NCBI GenBank assembly: GCA_038496445.1 | Contig: JALMLS010000231.1 | Location: forward strand, 62,001-126,000 | Origin: Trichosphaerium sp. ATCC 40318 | Lineage: Eukaryota; Protista; Tubulinea | Direction: 5' to 3' | Length of the DNA stretch: 64,000 bases | In this document: positions 53,371 to 64,000 of the stretch, piece after piece | Layout: every line of letters begins with the position of its first letter | Position numbering within the stretch: the stretch's first letter is position 1 | Translations under genes and position numbers: made by a program | Notes under the pieces: model-generated | Told to the model about the DNA's origin: nothing | Databases searched by the model: none | The model's input: the letters and a program-made list of their open reading frames with translations, nothing else

Positions 53371-54121
53371 ATGGCTGAAAAACGTAGTTTAACGATAAAG
53401 CAAGCTATAAGAGACATTAACACATATATTATGTTATTTAGATAGAAAGCAACGTTTTACTTCTTGTTTAGTCAGTCACAAGTTTAATGACATTATTCGC
53501 TACAATGTAGGCTTTGTGACACTTACTTTGAAAAAGCCATACGAGTGTATCATTGTTAAAGGGAGTCCTCTTCTTAAAAATACAAGAATTTATTGTTGTT
53601 ACAAAAGACTGTCACCAAATCTTTTACAGTGCCTCTCTGGTGTTCATAGTATAAATTTAGAGTGCTCATCAGTTACAGATGAAGGTATTCTTGCTTTGTT
53701 AGATGGTGGTAAGCATACTGTTCATGAGATTAACTTGGGATTCACAGACATAACCGATGTCTCGCTGAAGGCTCTCAGTGGTGTTCATACCATTAGTTTA
53801 TATGGCTGCCAAGAAATCACTGTTGAAGGAATAAAAGCACTTAAAAATGTCCACGTGATAATGCTACAAAGTCCACAAGATGAATGGCTCCGCCATCTTT
53901 GTAATGTGAACACGATTCATATAAATTGTCGAAATACAATATCAGATATTGGAATCAAATCATTGGTAAATGTGAAGAGATTACATCTACTAGAATGTCA
54001 GACTATTACAGAATCAGCATTGAAATGCTTGGTAAACCTCGAAGAACTCACAGTTGAGGGCAGCTATATTTCAATTTCGCATCTAAAACAGTATGGACAT
54101 CTCAAACACCGCAAGAATTAA
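53371..54121 (+). CDS. F-box-like + LRR paralog with a disrupted or tiny-intron 5' end
   Basis: ETLTHILCYLDRKQRF...VGFVTLTL aligns to the 41633 paralog, and GVHSINL/GVHTISL repeats follow. An in-frame TAA lies just before the F-box segment. Confidence 0.65.
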
Positions 54122-57100
54122 TAAAGTGGAGTGAGTGAAAAAACTATTTGTGCAAGAAACTAAAAATTATTACATAATATTTGTCTTTGGATAAGTCATA
54201 TGCCATTCTCTAGGCATGAAGTTATTACTGCTAGAATAAAATAAGTTGATTGTAAAACGATACAGGGGACTAAAAAATAAAGTGGAAATTGAAATCCAAA
54301 AATACTGCGCTTCATCCACATAGTTAGTAATTCTTTGTTTTTTCTGGTTTTAAGCAAACGTCTGTTCTTTAGTGCTATCTCACGTGCACAACATGGTAAT
54401 GTTTATGTGACCCACTAACAGATATTTTGATGATATAGATACCTATTAACCCCGTACGACACCTTGAATTTAAGCAAGAGGTGTAAAGAGGTACTCTTGG
54501 ACAGGATTCTTTACTAAGTTTATCTCACATATAGTTACAAGCTACATGTTCACCCATGTTCACCCGGACCTCCAGATTCACCCGGTCAGGCAGGTCCGGT
54601 CCGAAGCAGAGTCTTGATGATTTGATCATCATCAACGACTGACTTCACAAAGGTACTTATTAGCTGTTGGAAAAAATGTATTCTCAGGTTAAACTAAAAG
54701 TACGTTTCGATTCTGAACAGCGTGCAAAAAATGTTGTGGCGTTTTTCTTTCATTGAGTGTGTTTTGGGCCACCCAAAGGCAGCTGAGAAAACCTACGTAC
54801 TGCCACTGTGTGTACGATACCAGGTTTTGCTGGGTGAAATAGAAACGCGGTCACTTCCTTCTATTTCAACCAGGTAATGCATGTGGATAATTACATTAAA
54901 AATTATCCAACGCTGATCACAAAATCGTTTCTGTACCCCCGGCTTAACCTCTTAGTATTTCTCCGTAACAATGGAAAACACGGCATTGCGACAACTGAAT
55001 AACAAGTTTATCTAAAGGTAAGCTTGTAAAAAGAAGAAGCAACCTGTAGTTTTTTTTTGACATCTAATTTGTTCTTTGTCTGGTACATATTTTTATCAAA
55101 CTATAACGTGTATACATTAGACTAATCCTATATAATGACTAGCAAGTATTTTAATTTAAAAAGAAAGCATTTGACCCATGTAAATCGCATTGTTTATCAA
55201 AAAGAACAACCTTATTATCTTCGAGTATTTCTTTATTTTGGGAGGAAACCAAGCCCTACAGCCTTAGAGGTAAGCATGATACGCCCGCAAATACCTTTTT
55301 GTATCCCTATTACCTTTCTTCATTCAGGTTAGAGACCCCATGTTTAAGCTCATGTGAAGGAAGCGCCTGAGTGGGTGATCTTTTCAAGATTGTTTTTAGA
55401 GCCTGTCATAATTACGTCCTGCAGTACGCAGGCTTCATCGATCTACCTTCCGTACGTACAATGCTTTTGATCTACGTACTTTCTAGCTACCATGCGGTTT
55501 GTTAGTTTGCCCCTTTTTGTTTTTGAACCACTAAAAAAATAGTTGATACTCAAAGAGTACAGTAATTACCGTCGGGTAAATTTTTTTTACAACCGACGTT
55601 TGTATCACAGAACCATGGATCTTTTTTTTTCCACAGTAAAACCCTCACCAACACTCACAAATATGTCAACACTTACAACGTACAATATTGTCCGCCGCAA
55701 GCAAGTTTGCATCGAAAACCAAGAACGTGCAGATCTGCAAGTACGTCGGGTAAAAGCTCGATTAAATGTGACAGATATGACACTTCTGAAAGAACTTGCA
55801 AGTTCTGTTAGTTCTTACCTTTATTGAACGAAATAGTAGTTTGTATATTTTGGTCTAGAATATTTCACACTTGCTTGCGACGCACAATAAAAAATAAAAG
55901 TTAAAAATACATTTTGGGTCACGTGATTTTGGCAAACTCTGACAAAGTTTAGTAACCGCGAACTCCAGAATCCATGGTTCTTGAAAAATACTGCTTGACT
56001 TTCTGATTCACACGTTGGCATTAATAAATGCCCTTTTTGAAATAAAATGGCGTCCTACCACTTTGGAGCTCCTTTTACCTCGTTTGTAGGCGTTTCGAAA
56101 AGAAGCTTTATTCTCGGCGAAGAACTCTTTCTAAAACGTGTCGTGTTGCGCAGTAATTCACTATTGGTAAGTTCTACTATTGATTTGATTGGTCCAACTG
56201 AGAAAGTGTCTGTTAAACTAAAATAAGATTTTCATTTTAACATCAACTGGCTGTTTAGTATTTTACTGGCTACAATGAACTACGTATTTTCCTTATTATC
56301 ATACAAGGAAACGCTTTACTAATTATTTGTGAGTAGGAAATCAACCTCCATCTTCTTTTCATGCGTGGTGGGTTCATTGTGCATAACGTAATCTAGAAGT
56401 AGATTAACAACGACAAAAAGAAAAAAAAGACAAAAAGCTGATCGCTTTCAAATTGATCAATACTGCGTGTACATTGCTTCAAGAGCTCAGCCTCACTGCG
56501 AAATTCCCATGAGGGGTTTCTACGGGCCCAACCACTTTTACAAAAGTACAACGGACACTATAAACTAATTAACTAGAAAGTAAATACCAAAGAGGAAATA
56601 GAAATGTCTTTAGACAATATCAAAAAATCGAAGGTAAAAATTATGAAAAAAAAAATTGTTCTAGTTTGTTACATCTCGTGCCATCTTGTTTATTTTAAAG
56701 TGATATACATTAGTCTCTACATCACGTGTAGTTGGGCCAGGTTCATAAATAAGTCGTCTTGCTTTACTGCTCATAGTACATCGCTGGGTTTTTTTAACTT
56801 CGAAAAAAAAAGATGTCAAATTCGGTCTTGTGGACAAGTACTAACACAATAATGATTGATGATTCAATTACAAACAAGGAAAGTCAAAAGTTTGTTAGCG
56901 AAAGACTCGCAACCGCAAAAGTCTATTCTGTTGTTTTGCTTAGTTAAAGTCAATTCTCAATTTAATCTCGAATCTAGATTGCGGAGTTTGGTAACTCCTA
57001 AACCCTACATTATGAGGCAACACGCACTTATCATGCTGATCTCTACTACACGGTTTTCCTTTATTAAAAAGAGTACACGCCATGTCCACTATTACATAAA

Positions 57101-57296
57101 GCGTACACAACATATCCTAAACTCGTTTTTATTTGTTTCATTTGAAATTGGTACAAACTGATATCCTTTTTAATTGTATCTCAGTAGATTTAATCGCTGT
57201 CGCCATAAAAAGGATACTGAGGGAATTCACTAGAGGAAGAAGAGTCGCCTTTATCATGTTGAAATACTTGTATACCAGGGATTGAAACCTCCCCAG

Positions 57297-58072
57297 TTAC
57301 ACAAGTATCAATGTAATGATGATGCCGTTCAATACTTTTATCCCATCATCACTAACTGTAGTGAAACTAACATTTAGAGTGTGTACGCCAACTAAATGTT
57401 TAATCCCTTCATCAGTAACATGAGTTCTTGATAGATCTATCTCATGTACGCCAGCCAATGCCTTGACACCCTCATCAGTAATTGATTCACAATAATATAA
57501 GTTGATAGTGTGTACACCAGCAAGAGCTCTTAGTCCATCATCTGTCACGATAGAAGAGCTTAAATTTATGCTATGAATGCCTCCTAGCGTTTGAATACAA
57601 GCATCAGATACTGAGGTGTAACTCAGATCAATTGAATGCAATCCACAATCTTGGATATTATTCCCAACAATACCTTCAACACGTGATGTTTTGAATCCAA
57701 CAAGAACAGATACAATATCATCACTACTTTCATCTTCACTACACCCCATGAATTCGCTTGTTTCTAAAACAATCATTGTATTCTTTTTTGTTTTACGGCA
57801 AAGAGTGCTGTACAGGATAGCTTGATATTTTGTTGTTAAAACCACTTTACTGTACCCAACGATATCATATGATAGAATGAAGGTAATGACAACTTTGCGC
57901 TGCTGAGAAACGTGCTGTGGTCGTATTTGATAGAATAAGTGCCAACACCTCAACAGGTAATTCCAATAACTGTTTTGGCCTAGGACAAGCCTGTGAGTAG
58001 AAGTAGAAGCCAAAAAACGTACGAATGGCTATAACAATGTTTGGGAAGCGTTATTTGATCATTGACCTCCAT
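57297..58072 (-). pseudogene. F-box-like + LRR paralog whose F-box is frameshifted relative to the LRRs
   Basis: The alternative frame reads LLELPVEVLALILSNTTTARFSAAQSCHYLHSII* (TGA 57865-57867). Homology continues in the LRR frame as YDIVGYSKVVLTT. Confidence 0.65.
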
Positions 58073-58399
58073 TTGCGTGCGGCTGTTAGTGGGTGGCGTT
58101 GCGAACCAGGGCGAGTAAGAGTGATCGAACGTCAAAAGTTCATTGAATGCTGAATGGCGGTTTTAGTTTGCGAAAACAAAGTCTGAAAACTAACACTGAT
58201 TACGTGATCGTTGTGGGTTACTATAAGATGTAATGCGCATTACAATTCATATATGATGAAGGGAGTTTCGTTCACTTGAGTGAATACTGAAAAGGAATTG
58301 ATTGAAGTGCATGTTTTCAATGTATAGAACTTAGCGAAAGGCTAAGTCACAGCTAGCCTTCAAAACGACTGCAGCGAAACTAGAAAGATTAAGAACGCA

Positions 58400-59746
58400 A
58401 TGTATAAGCCTGAACCATGTAGGTACTTGATTTGTTCGTTATTTGCAACTATTGTGGCGATTTTGCTTGTAAGCATAGCAAGCTTGTATAGTATGAACCA
58501 ATATCTACACAAACGCCTTGCGAACAAAGATAGTGTTGAACTGTGGAAGATATCATCAAAAGAGCTGTTGGAGCTTGGAACAGCAACAGATTATAGTATA
58601 ATGAGCAAAGACGTTATTCTAGCATCTGAAACACTATCAGATTTGTTTAACATTGACGACATTGAAGAAACTGAATACCACACAGGAATCGTTTTGAACA
58701 TGATGACTGTACCACTAAAAGCGCCGTTGTTTACTGAGAGAGTCATAGACAGACTGAAAGCCTTTGGAGCAGTATCAATACCCTCACTGGTTCCTAAAGC
58801 CTTGTGCAAAGATGCTGCTGAAGCTACAGTCATGGAGATACTTCATACAAGGAGAAAGTTTGGAGATATTGGAAAAGCAATGTACAGGAAGGATTTACCT
58901 CTTGACTTTGAAGAACCTTTTACAAATGTTCTGTCGGCAACTGTAGAGAATTTAAAAGAATCTCTTATTGATATGCTCGGATTAGACTCCAGAATGGTTG
59001 AGTTCGCTGCTTTAGACTCATTTCCAGGCGCAGAAGAACAAGAGGCACATCCAGATGCAAGAATGAATGAGATTGAAGACTATAATAACTGGGGATTGCT
59101 TATATCCGGATATATTTATTTAGATGATGTGACAGTTGATATGGCACCTCTTGAGGTTTGGCCTGGGACTCATACTCTGTTTCACTTTACTATGCAAGAA
59201 TTTATAAGCTATTACCCAAGGAAACCAGTAAGGATAGCTGTACCTGCAGGCACTGTTGTTCTATTTGATTCAAGAGTTCATCATAGAGGTACTTCCAATA
59301 CATCGCCTAGCATAAGACCTGCCTTGTACTTTTCGTTTCTTGAGTCCCGAGATGGTAAACAAGCTCCTAAAGGTCCTACATATACAATGAGGCAAGATTA
59401 CAATACTGCGACTACTTTGGAGTCAGTATTAAAGAAAGAGTTTCCTGTGAGCTCAAGAAGTGTTGAAGGAAAAAATGGCGTTAATGAAAAAGAGATTTCT
59501 TGTATGAAAGAGTTAGAACCGTTATGCAATGAAGCTGACGGGAAAACTGTTCTACAACCAAAGAAATGTTATGATTGTTTAGTTGGTATCTATAAGGAGT
59601 CTGATGATGTTGAGTGCTTTCATTTGTACAGTGAACGATTTTGTAAGATTGGTATCTTTAAAGATGATTTCGAGTTCAGATTCTCTTGGGGTTCTTTGAA
59701 TGTTACAGATCCAAGTCAGGTTGAAACAATAAAAAAAGAGCTGTAA
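58400..59746 (+). CDS. Intronless PhyH-family Fe(II)/2-oxoglutarate dioxygenase with an N-terminal signal anchor and a Cys-rich C-terminus
   Basis: QEAHPD (HxD), LDDVTVDMAPLEVWPGTH, GTVVLFDSRVHHRG..N...RPALY. Confidence 0.88.
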   Translation: MYKPEPCRYLICSLFATIVAILLVSIASLYSMNQYLHKRLANKDSVELWKISSKELLELGTATDYSIMSKDVILASETLSDLFNIDDIEETEYHTGIVLNMMTVPLKAPLFTERVIDRLKAFGAVSIPSLVPKALCKDAAEATVMEILHTRRKFGDIGKAMYRKDLPLDFEEPFTNVLSATVENLKESLIDMLGLDSRMVEFAALDSFPGAEEQEAHPDARMNEIEDYNNWGLLISGYIYLDDVTVDMAPLEVWPGTHTLFHFTMQEFISYYPRKPVRIAVPAGTVVLFDSRVHHRGTSNTSPSIRPALYFSFLESRDGKQAPKGPTYTMRQDYNTATTLESVLKKEFPVSSRSVEGKNGVNEKEISCMKELEPLCNEADGKTVLQPKKCYDCLVGIYKESDDVECFHLYSERFCKIGIFKDDFEFRFSWGSLNVTDPSQVETIKKEL

Positions 59747-59749
59747 TCT

Positions 59750-59998
59750 GTGATGGATTACTTGTTGTTTATTCAAATTTATTGCAAACCTCCACCAATG
59801 GAAACTTTGTTTCACAAAAAGATCTGCAGTCATAACATTTTTCTTGCATTGCACTGTAAACCACATGATCGCTATGCGCTAGAGAGCTACCTGTCAGGAA
59901 AAGATGTCAATTTGGCTAGTGTTTCATCACTGGTAAAGTTTTTAAATAGTACTGCATGTGTACATACTATCAATTTGAGCAGTTGTAGTAAGAAATAA
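59750..59998 (+). pseudogene. Relic of the F-box/LRR family
   Basis: Contains PMETL and VHTINLSSC fragments only. Confidence 0.4.
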
Positions 59999-60204
59999 AG
60001 TGGTTCAGAATTTGTTGAAACTACTGCTATTCAGGTTTACTGCAATTCTAGTTGCTATCGACTGAGATGAGAAATTTTAGAATAGTCTTTTTCGAGAAGC
60101 TAGTCGTTTTCCTTAAACAGTACCTGATTGTCAGATGAAACGTACTTTTATAGAAATCATAACACATATTAGTCAAAATTAAAAAAACACGTGTAAACAA
60201 GCAC

Positions 60205-62987
60205 ATGACCCCAGAAAAAATAGAAATTGCACTTTTTTCAAGTGAAGATCTACCATTGGCAATACTGTTACGTTTAGCCAATAGGATTTTTGTTGATAAT
60301 CCATGTCAGTTCCATCACTACTTCACGGACATAAAAAAACTGGAGTCAGCTAAGACAGAAAAAGACCTTGTAGACTCTTTTGCGGATGGAAACGAAAAAA
60401 AAAAAGTCAAATGGGGTAGTTTGTCATCTAGTATCATTGTCTAGCCAGTATGGCTGTTGTTAAGGCCCAAGTAACCAGAGATGTTAATGGTATTGTCTAT
60501 TTCAATCAAAAAGCGATTCATGGGTTTAAAACAAATTCAAACCACTCTCAAGTGTGTGATAGGTACGATCGAGTGTATTTGGATTACAATACGATACTAA
60601 TTGTGGGTTTTTTTCTGAAAATAGCGTTTACGTTGTATCCGACTCCGAAATAACGTTTGCGAACAACGACGGGTTGTGGTTGTACAATACGTTTACTAGA
60701 AAAGTGCGTTTACGTTTATTCTGTTGTTAGTACTCTAAACGCGTAAAACTACGCGTCGAGATACTCGCACAGTGGTTTATTTTAAGTTCTGACATTTTTA
60801 AAGGCGACTCTGCTTTGGGAGACTTGCAGCGTTTATTCTGTGTGTAGTAAGCATGGCTATATTGTGGCTAGTAAATATAGTATATTCGTCTACAATATCA
60901 ATACGAAGGAAGAGATTATTCACTCCATTACAGACATGGGTACGAAAATAAGGACTTTTTTCTTTCTTGTTTTTTTCAGTTTTCATGAAGAGTTTTTTAC
61001 GGAACAGTTCCTGTGACATCCTAGACGACACTTTAATATTCTCTACATTCTTTAAACTTCACATTTTGGTTTATTATCAACCGTGTATTGTGTATTGAGT
61101 TTGATGAGAAAATTTTTCTTTTTTTATTCCACTTTAAGTGTCTTTTCGTAGACACGTGGACGTGTCTTATTCGAATAGACAAACAAATGACTATTCGCCA
61201 CTTCTAGGAGTTAATCTCATTGAAAGATACTAGTGGTTTCCACTAATATCTTTCAGGGAGAATCACCCTACTACTTACAACAAGAGTTACTTTTTTTTTT
61301 AATTGATTTTTTCTAGAGTTCTCTATGCTCAATGGTGTTGATTTGATTAGCCTTGATGGAAAAGTTTATTTGTGCTTGGCATTAAATGAAAACGAACCTG
61401 GTGTATTAGGTACCACACTATTGCGAATAAAGAACAAAAGCAGCCATTTCCTTCGAAAACATTAGCAAACAAAAATCCTTTTTGAACACAGTTCTGAGTC
61501 TAGACAAGTTTTAAGAGTCTACCCTTCAACGATTTGTTCACTAATGCACTTACTTGAACGAGACCAATTTATTTTTAAAACCTTGACTCTTATGTTCACA
61601 TTGTTTGATAAAGAGCAAGCTCCATTCTAGACTGACTTTTTCTCTTTTTACGAATTAATATTTTGTTAGTGTACTCTCTACCTAGTATGAAGGTTGTACA
61701 CACTATCAATACAACAACCTGCGTTAACTATGTATCGTGGCATCCATCAGGTACTAATATAACAGTAGTAAAGAGCATAAAGGTTAAATGATAATGGTAG
61801 GTCAATGTATATTGGCTGTTGAAGATAACATGGAACCAAAAATATATTCCGGATTCGATTTGACATCGAGTGAACCACAAGAGACAACCGTTCAGGAAAT
61901 AAAACTTACTAATACTAAAGATTGGGGATATCCACAATATTGTTGTTGGCACCCAGAAGGCACAGCATTTGCTATAACAGACGAAAGGTGAGAAGGGAAA
62001 TTTTTTTGGAGTACCAGTTTTTTTGATATTGACACGTGTTTTTTTACAGTAACAATACCACTTATTTTTCATACCCAGACCTACAAAAAAAGATGCAAGT
62101 ATCTACTGAAGTATGTGTTAATAGCAAACGTTGAAAATTATAGTCCAATGTTAGATCTTAACAGTGATTTGTAGAAATCACCATACTCTATTCGATACTC
62201 GCCAACAAATCAACTTGTTGCTTTTGTTACACGTGGTGTTCTTCATATTACTGATCCTGAATCACATGGAATCAGTAATGATCTATCAGATATCCAAGTA
62301 TTGAAACTAGAAGGAGAAGCCACTGGCATGTGTTTTTCAAGAGATGGTCGGACTCTTTTTGTTAGTACGTATAAACCAACACACATGTGGTCAAATAACA
62401 AAAAAAAAATCACAACAATCTACTGCCATGCTGTGGTAATTTAAATTAGCGCCTTTTCCTTTACAACAAACAAAACAAATTGATAGTGTACATAAGTGCC
62501 TACTATCTATTTTACATTTGAAAAGTACAGGGCAACTATTCATTACTTTCAATCACTTTTTTTTTTTTCAGAGTTTATTGTAGAATACTTAACAGTTAGT
62601 TGTTCAGTTCTATTCATTCAAACCAACTTTTTTTCCCTCCCTACACAGAAACACTTTATGTTGTTTCGCTTACAAAACACCATTTTCAAATGGGGAGCAA
62701 GGAAAAAAGTTGAAGAATTTGAACGATTTGAAGTGAATTCTTGAGTTTTACATAAAACGAAAAAAATTTTTACAATTAAGTTTTCTCACCTTGTGTTTTT
62801 AGGTACAACAAAAGGAATAAATGAATATAAACAAATCGGAATACCTAAATTATCTGATATTTGTATTTCATTTATATCATCAAACTTGGGTAAATTTGTG
62901 CACATTGATAATTGGAATAATATTCTACCTATTTCTCTTTTAAGTCGTATATTCCCAAGTGACTCACCTTATATAACATTTGAGTAA
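60205..62987 (+). CDS. WD40/beta-propeller protein with a C-terminal BC-box/SOCS-box-like motif; multi-exon, 5' part uncertain
   Basis: VNYVSWHPS, YCCWHPEG, IRYSPTNQLVAF, GMCFSRDGRTLFV, then IPKLSDICISFI...LPISL. Confidence 0.62.
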
Positions 62988-63662
62988 TAATAATAAAAGA
63001 ACACTTTGCTGCTACATACGAAAAGTACTCTTAAAATCTGTAAAACAAACTTACCCTACAACGAACATGGAGTCCGAAAATGGGCACCACAACTCCCTAG
63101 AAACTACGACGTACTTCGTGGGTTCAAAGTATCTAGTAGCGATCATGTGATTTATCAGTTAGACACAAGGCGAGTGGCTATTTTTACGGCAAATTGATTC
63201 GTTTTTGGTTTTACCACATCAGGCAAACCAACCCAAAAAACAGCCTACATTTACCAATTTTACGTTGCAACTACAGTGCTACTCTCCTTATTATATTATA
63301 TTCATATAAGTACATTATCTATACATAGGCACTTAAGAGATATCCGAGAACTCAAGCAGTTACCATCATTTCATCTTCATCTTTTCCTCTTTTTTTCTGG
63401 CTTTTTATCTTAAAAATTTCTTGTTGCACGTTTTACTTTCCTTGTGCGTGGTTCAATTGAACTTTTTTTCGCCGACCTTTCCTCTGTCTATTAGACCATG
63501 GAGGTTGAATAATAGGTTTAACCATAGGTGCACTATTAGATCGTGCAGTTCTCTGAGCTTAACAAAGACGTCAGTACAACAATGATGGGAAAAGAAAAAA
63601 GTAAGAAAAAGAAAAAAGCAAGCTGATAATAATCTATTTTATACTAGCAAAAAAGCTACCAT

Positions 63663-64000
63663 TTAGATTAGTGTTAACGTACTCTCAATTGTTGAAACAC
63701 GTAAGAGATCATTTTTTGGTCTTGTCAAATGACCACTATGAGATTCAAGTGAAGATACTTGAAAATCATTTGTAGTATTATCACAACCACGGTAACTCTG
63801 AGAAATACCAGATGATTCACCTCTATAATTATGTTGTGCAAACCTTGCTGGTTCTTTAGTAGAACGATTATGTTGTGAAGGCACAGTCATTGGTTTGCTA
63901 CGTATAGCAGGTATAGTAAATGATTTTGGGTTTGTGGAAGTTTTTGAACTAGAACTTCCTGGAGCTCCATCTGATACAGATTCTCTTTTCTTTTTAGTAT
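63663..64000 (-). CDS. Ser/Thr-rich low-complexity exon of a gene entering from beyond the window
   Basis: Open frame from the window edge: ILKKKRESVSDGAPGSSSSKTSTNP...VSTIES, then a GTACGT donor. Confidence 0.45.
   Translation of the reverse strand, partial: TKKKRESVSDGAPGSSSSKTSTNPKSFTIPAIRSKPMTVPSQHNRSTKEPARFAQHNYRGESSGISQSYRGCDNTTNDFQVSSLESHSGHLTRPKNDLLRVSTIESTLTLI

Noticed and set aside
54575-54612. SRP RNA helix-8-like motif (CAGGTCCGG..GAAGCAG)
   Set aside because: No GNRA-capped helix or long SRP stem around it.
54755-54890. TPP riboswitch (GCTGAGA after a hairpin)
   Set aside because: The P4/P5 core (ACCTGAT...TAATGCC..CG.AGGGA) is not present in the right arrangement.
57161-57220. 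ATATCCTT / GTATCCTT U12-like donors
   Set aside because: Not within a supportable gene model, and no matching branch point or acceptor.
25341-59998. Endogenous giant-virus insertion
   Set aside because: No viral hallmark genes. The MORN/LRR genes carry spliceosomal introns and are interspersed with host genes.
1-64000. Alternative genetic code or stop-codon readthrough
   Set aside because: In the conserved genes I traced, in-frame stops fall inside short introns and the standard code gives intact motifs.

Overview
Gene-dense, AT-rich, intron-rich eukaryotic nuclear DNA with introns mostly 40-100 nt. Gene content suggests an amoebozoan-like protist, but the taxon is an inference. The ORF track is fragmented by introns, so gene models were rebuilt by hand from GT/GC..AG junctions. 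Conserved genes: class V/XI-type myosin, TBL1, NDUFB3, Alba, Ras, HSL-family lipase, coronin, OCRL/INPP5B, GST, DHHC palmitoyltransferase and condensin II CAP-D3. These are interleaved with seven members of two F-box-like families (MORN-variant and LRR), some decayed. Most notable: (1) a HEPN(RxxxxH)-TPR-Sel1-TPR-OB-like gene head-to-head with (2) a ZPR1-domain/sirtuin fusion; (3) a myosin ending in a tail-anchor TM helix; (4) an H3 variant with a globular N-terminal domain and an altered tetramer interface; (5) a Ras with natural G12V/Q61G equivalents; (6) two U12-type introns and many GC-AG introns; (7) two unexplained multi-hairpin non-coding elements. No rRNA, tRNA, CRISPR array or autonomous transposon was recognised.
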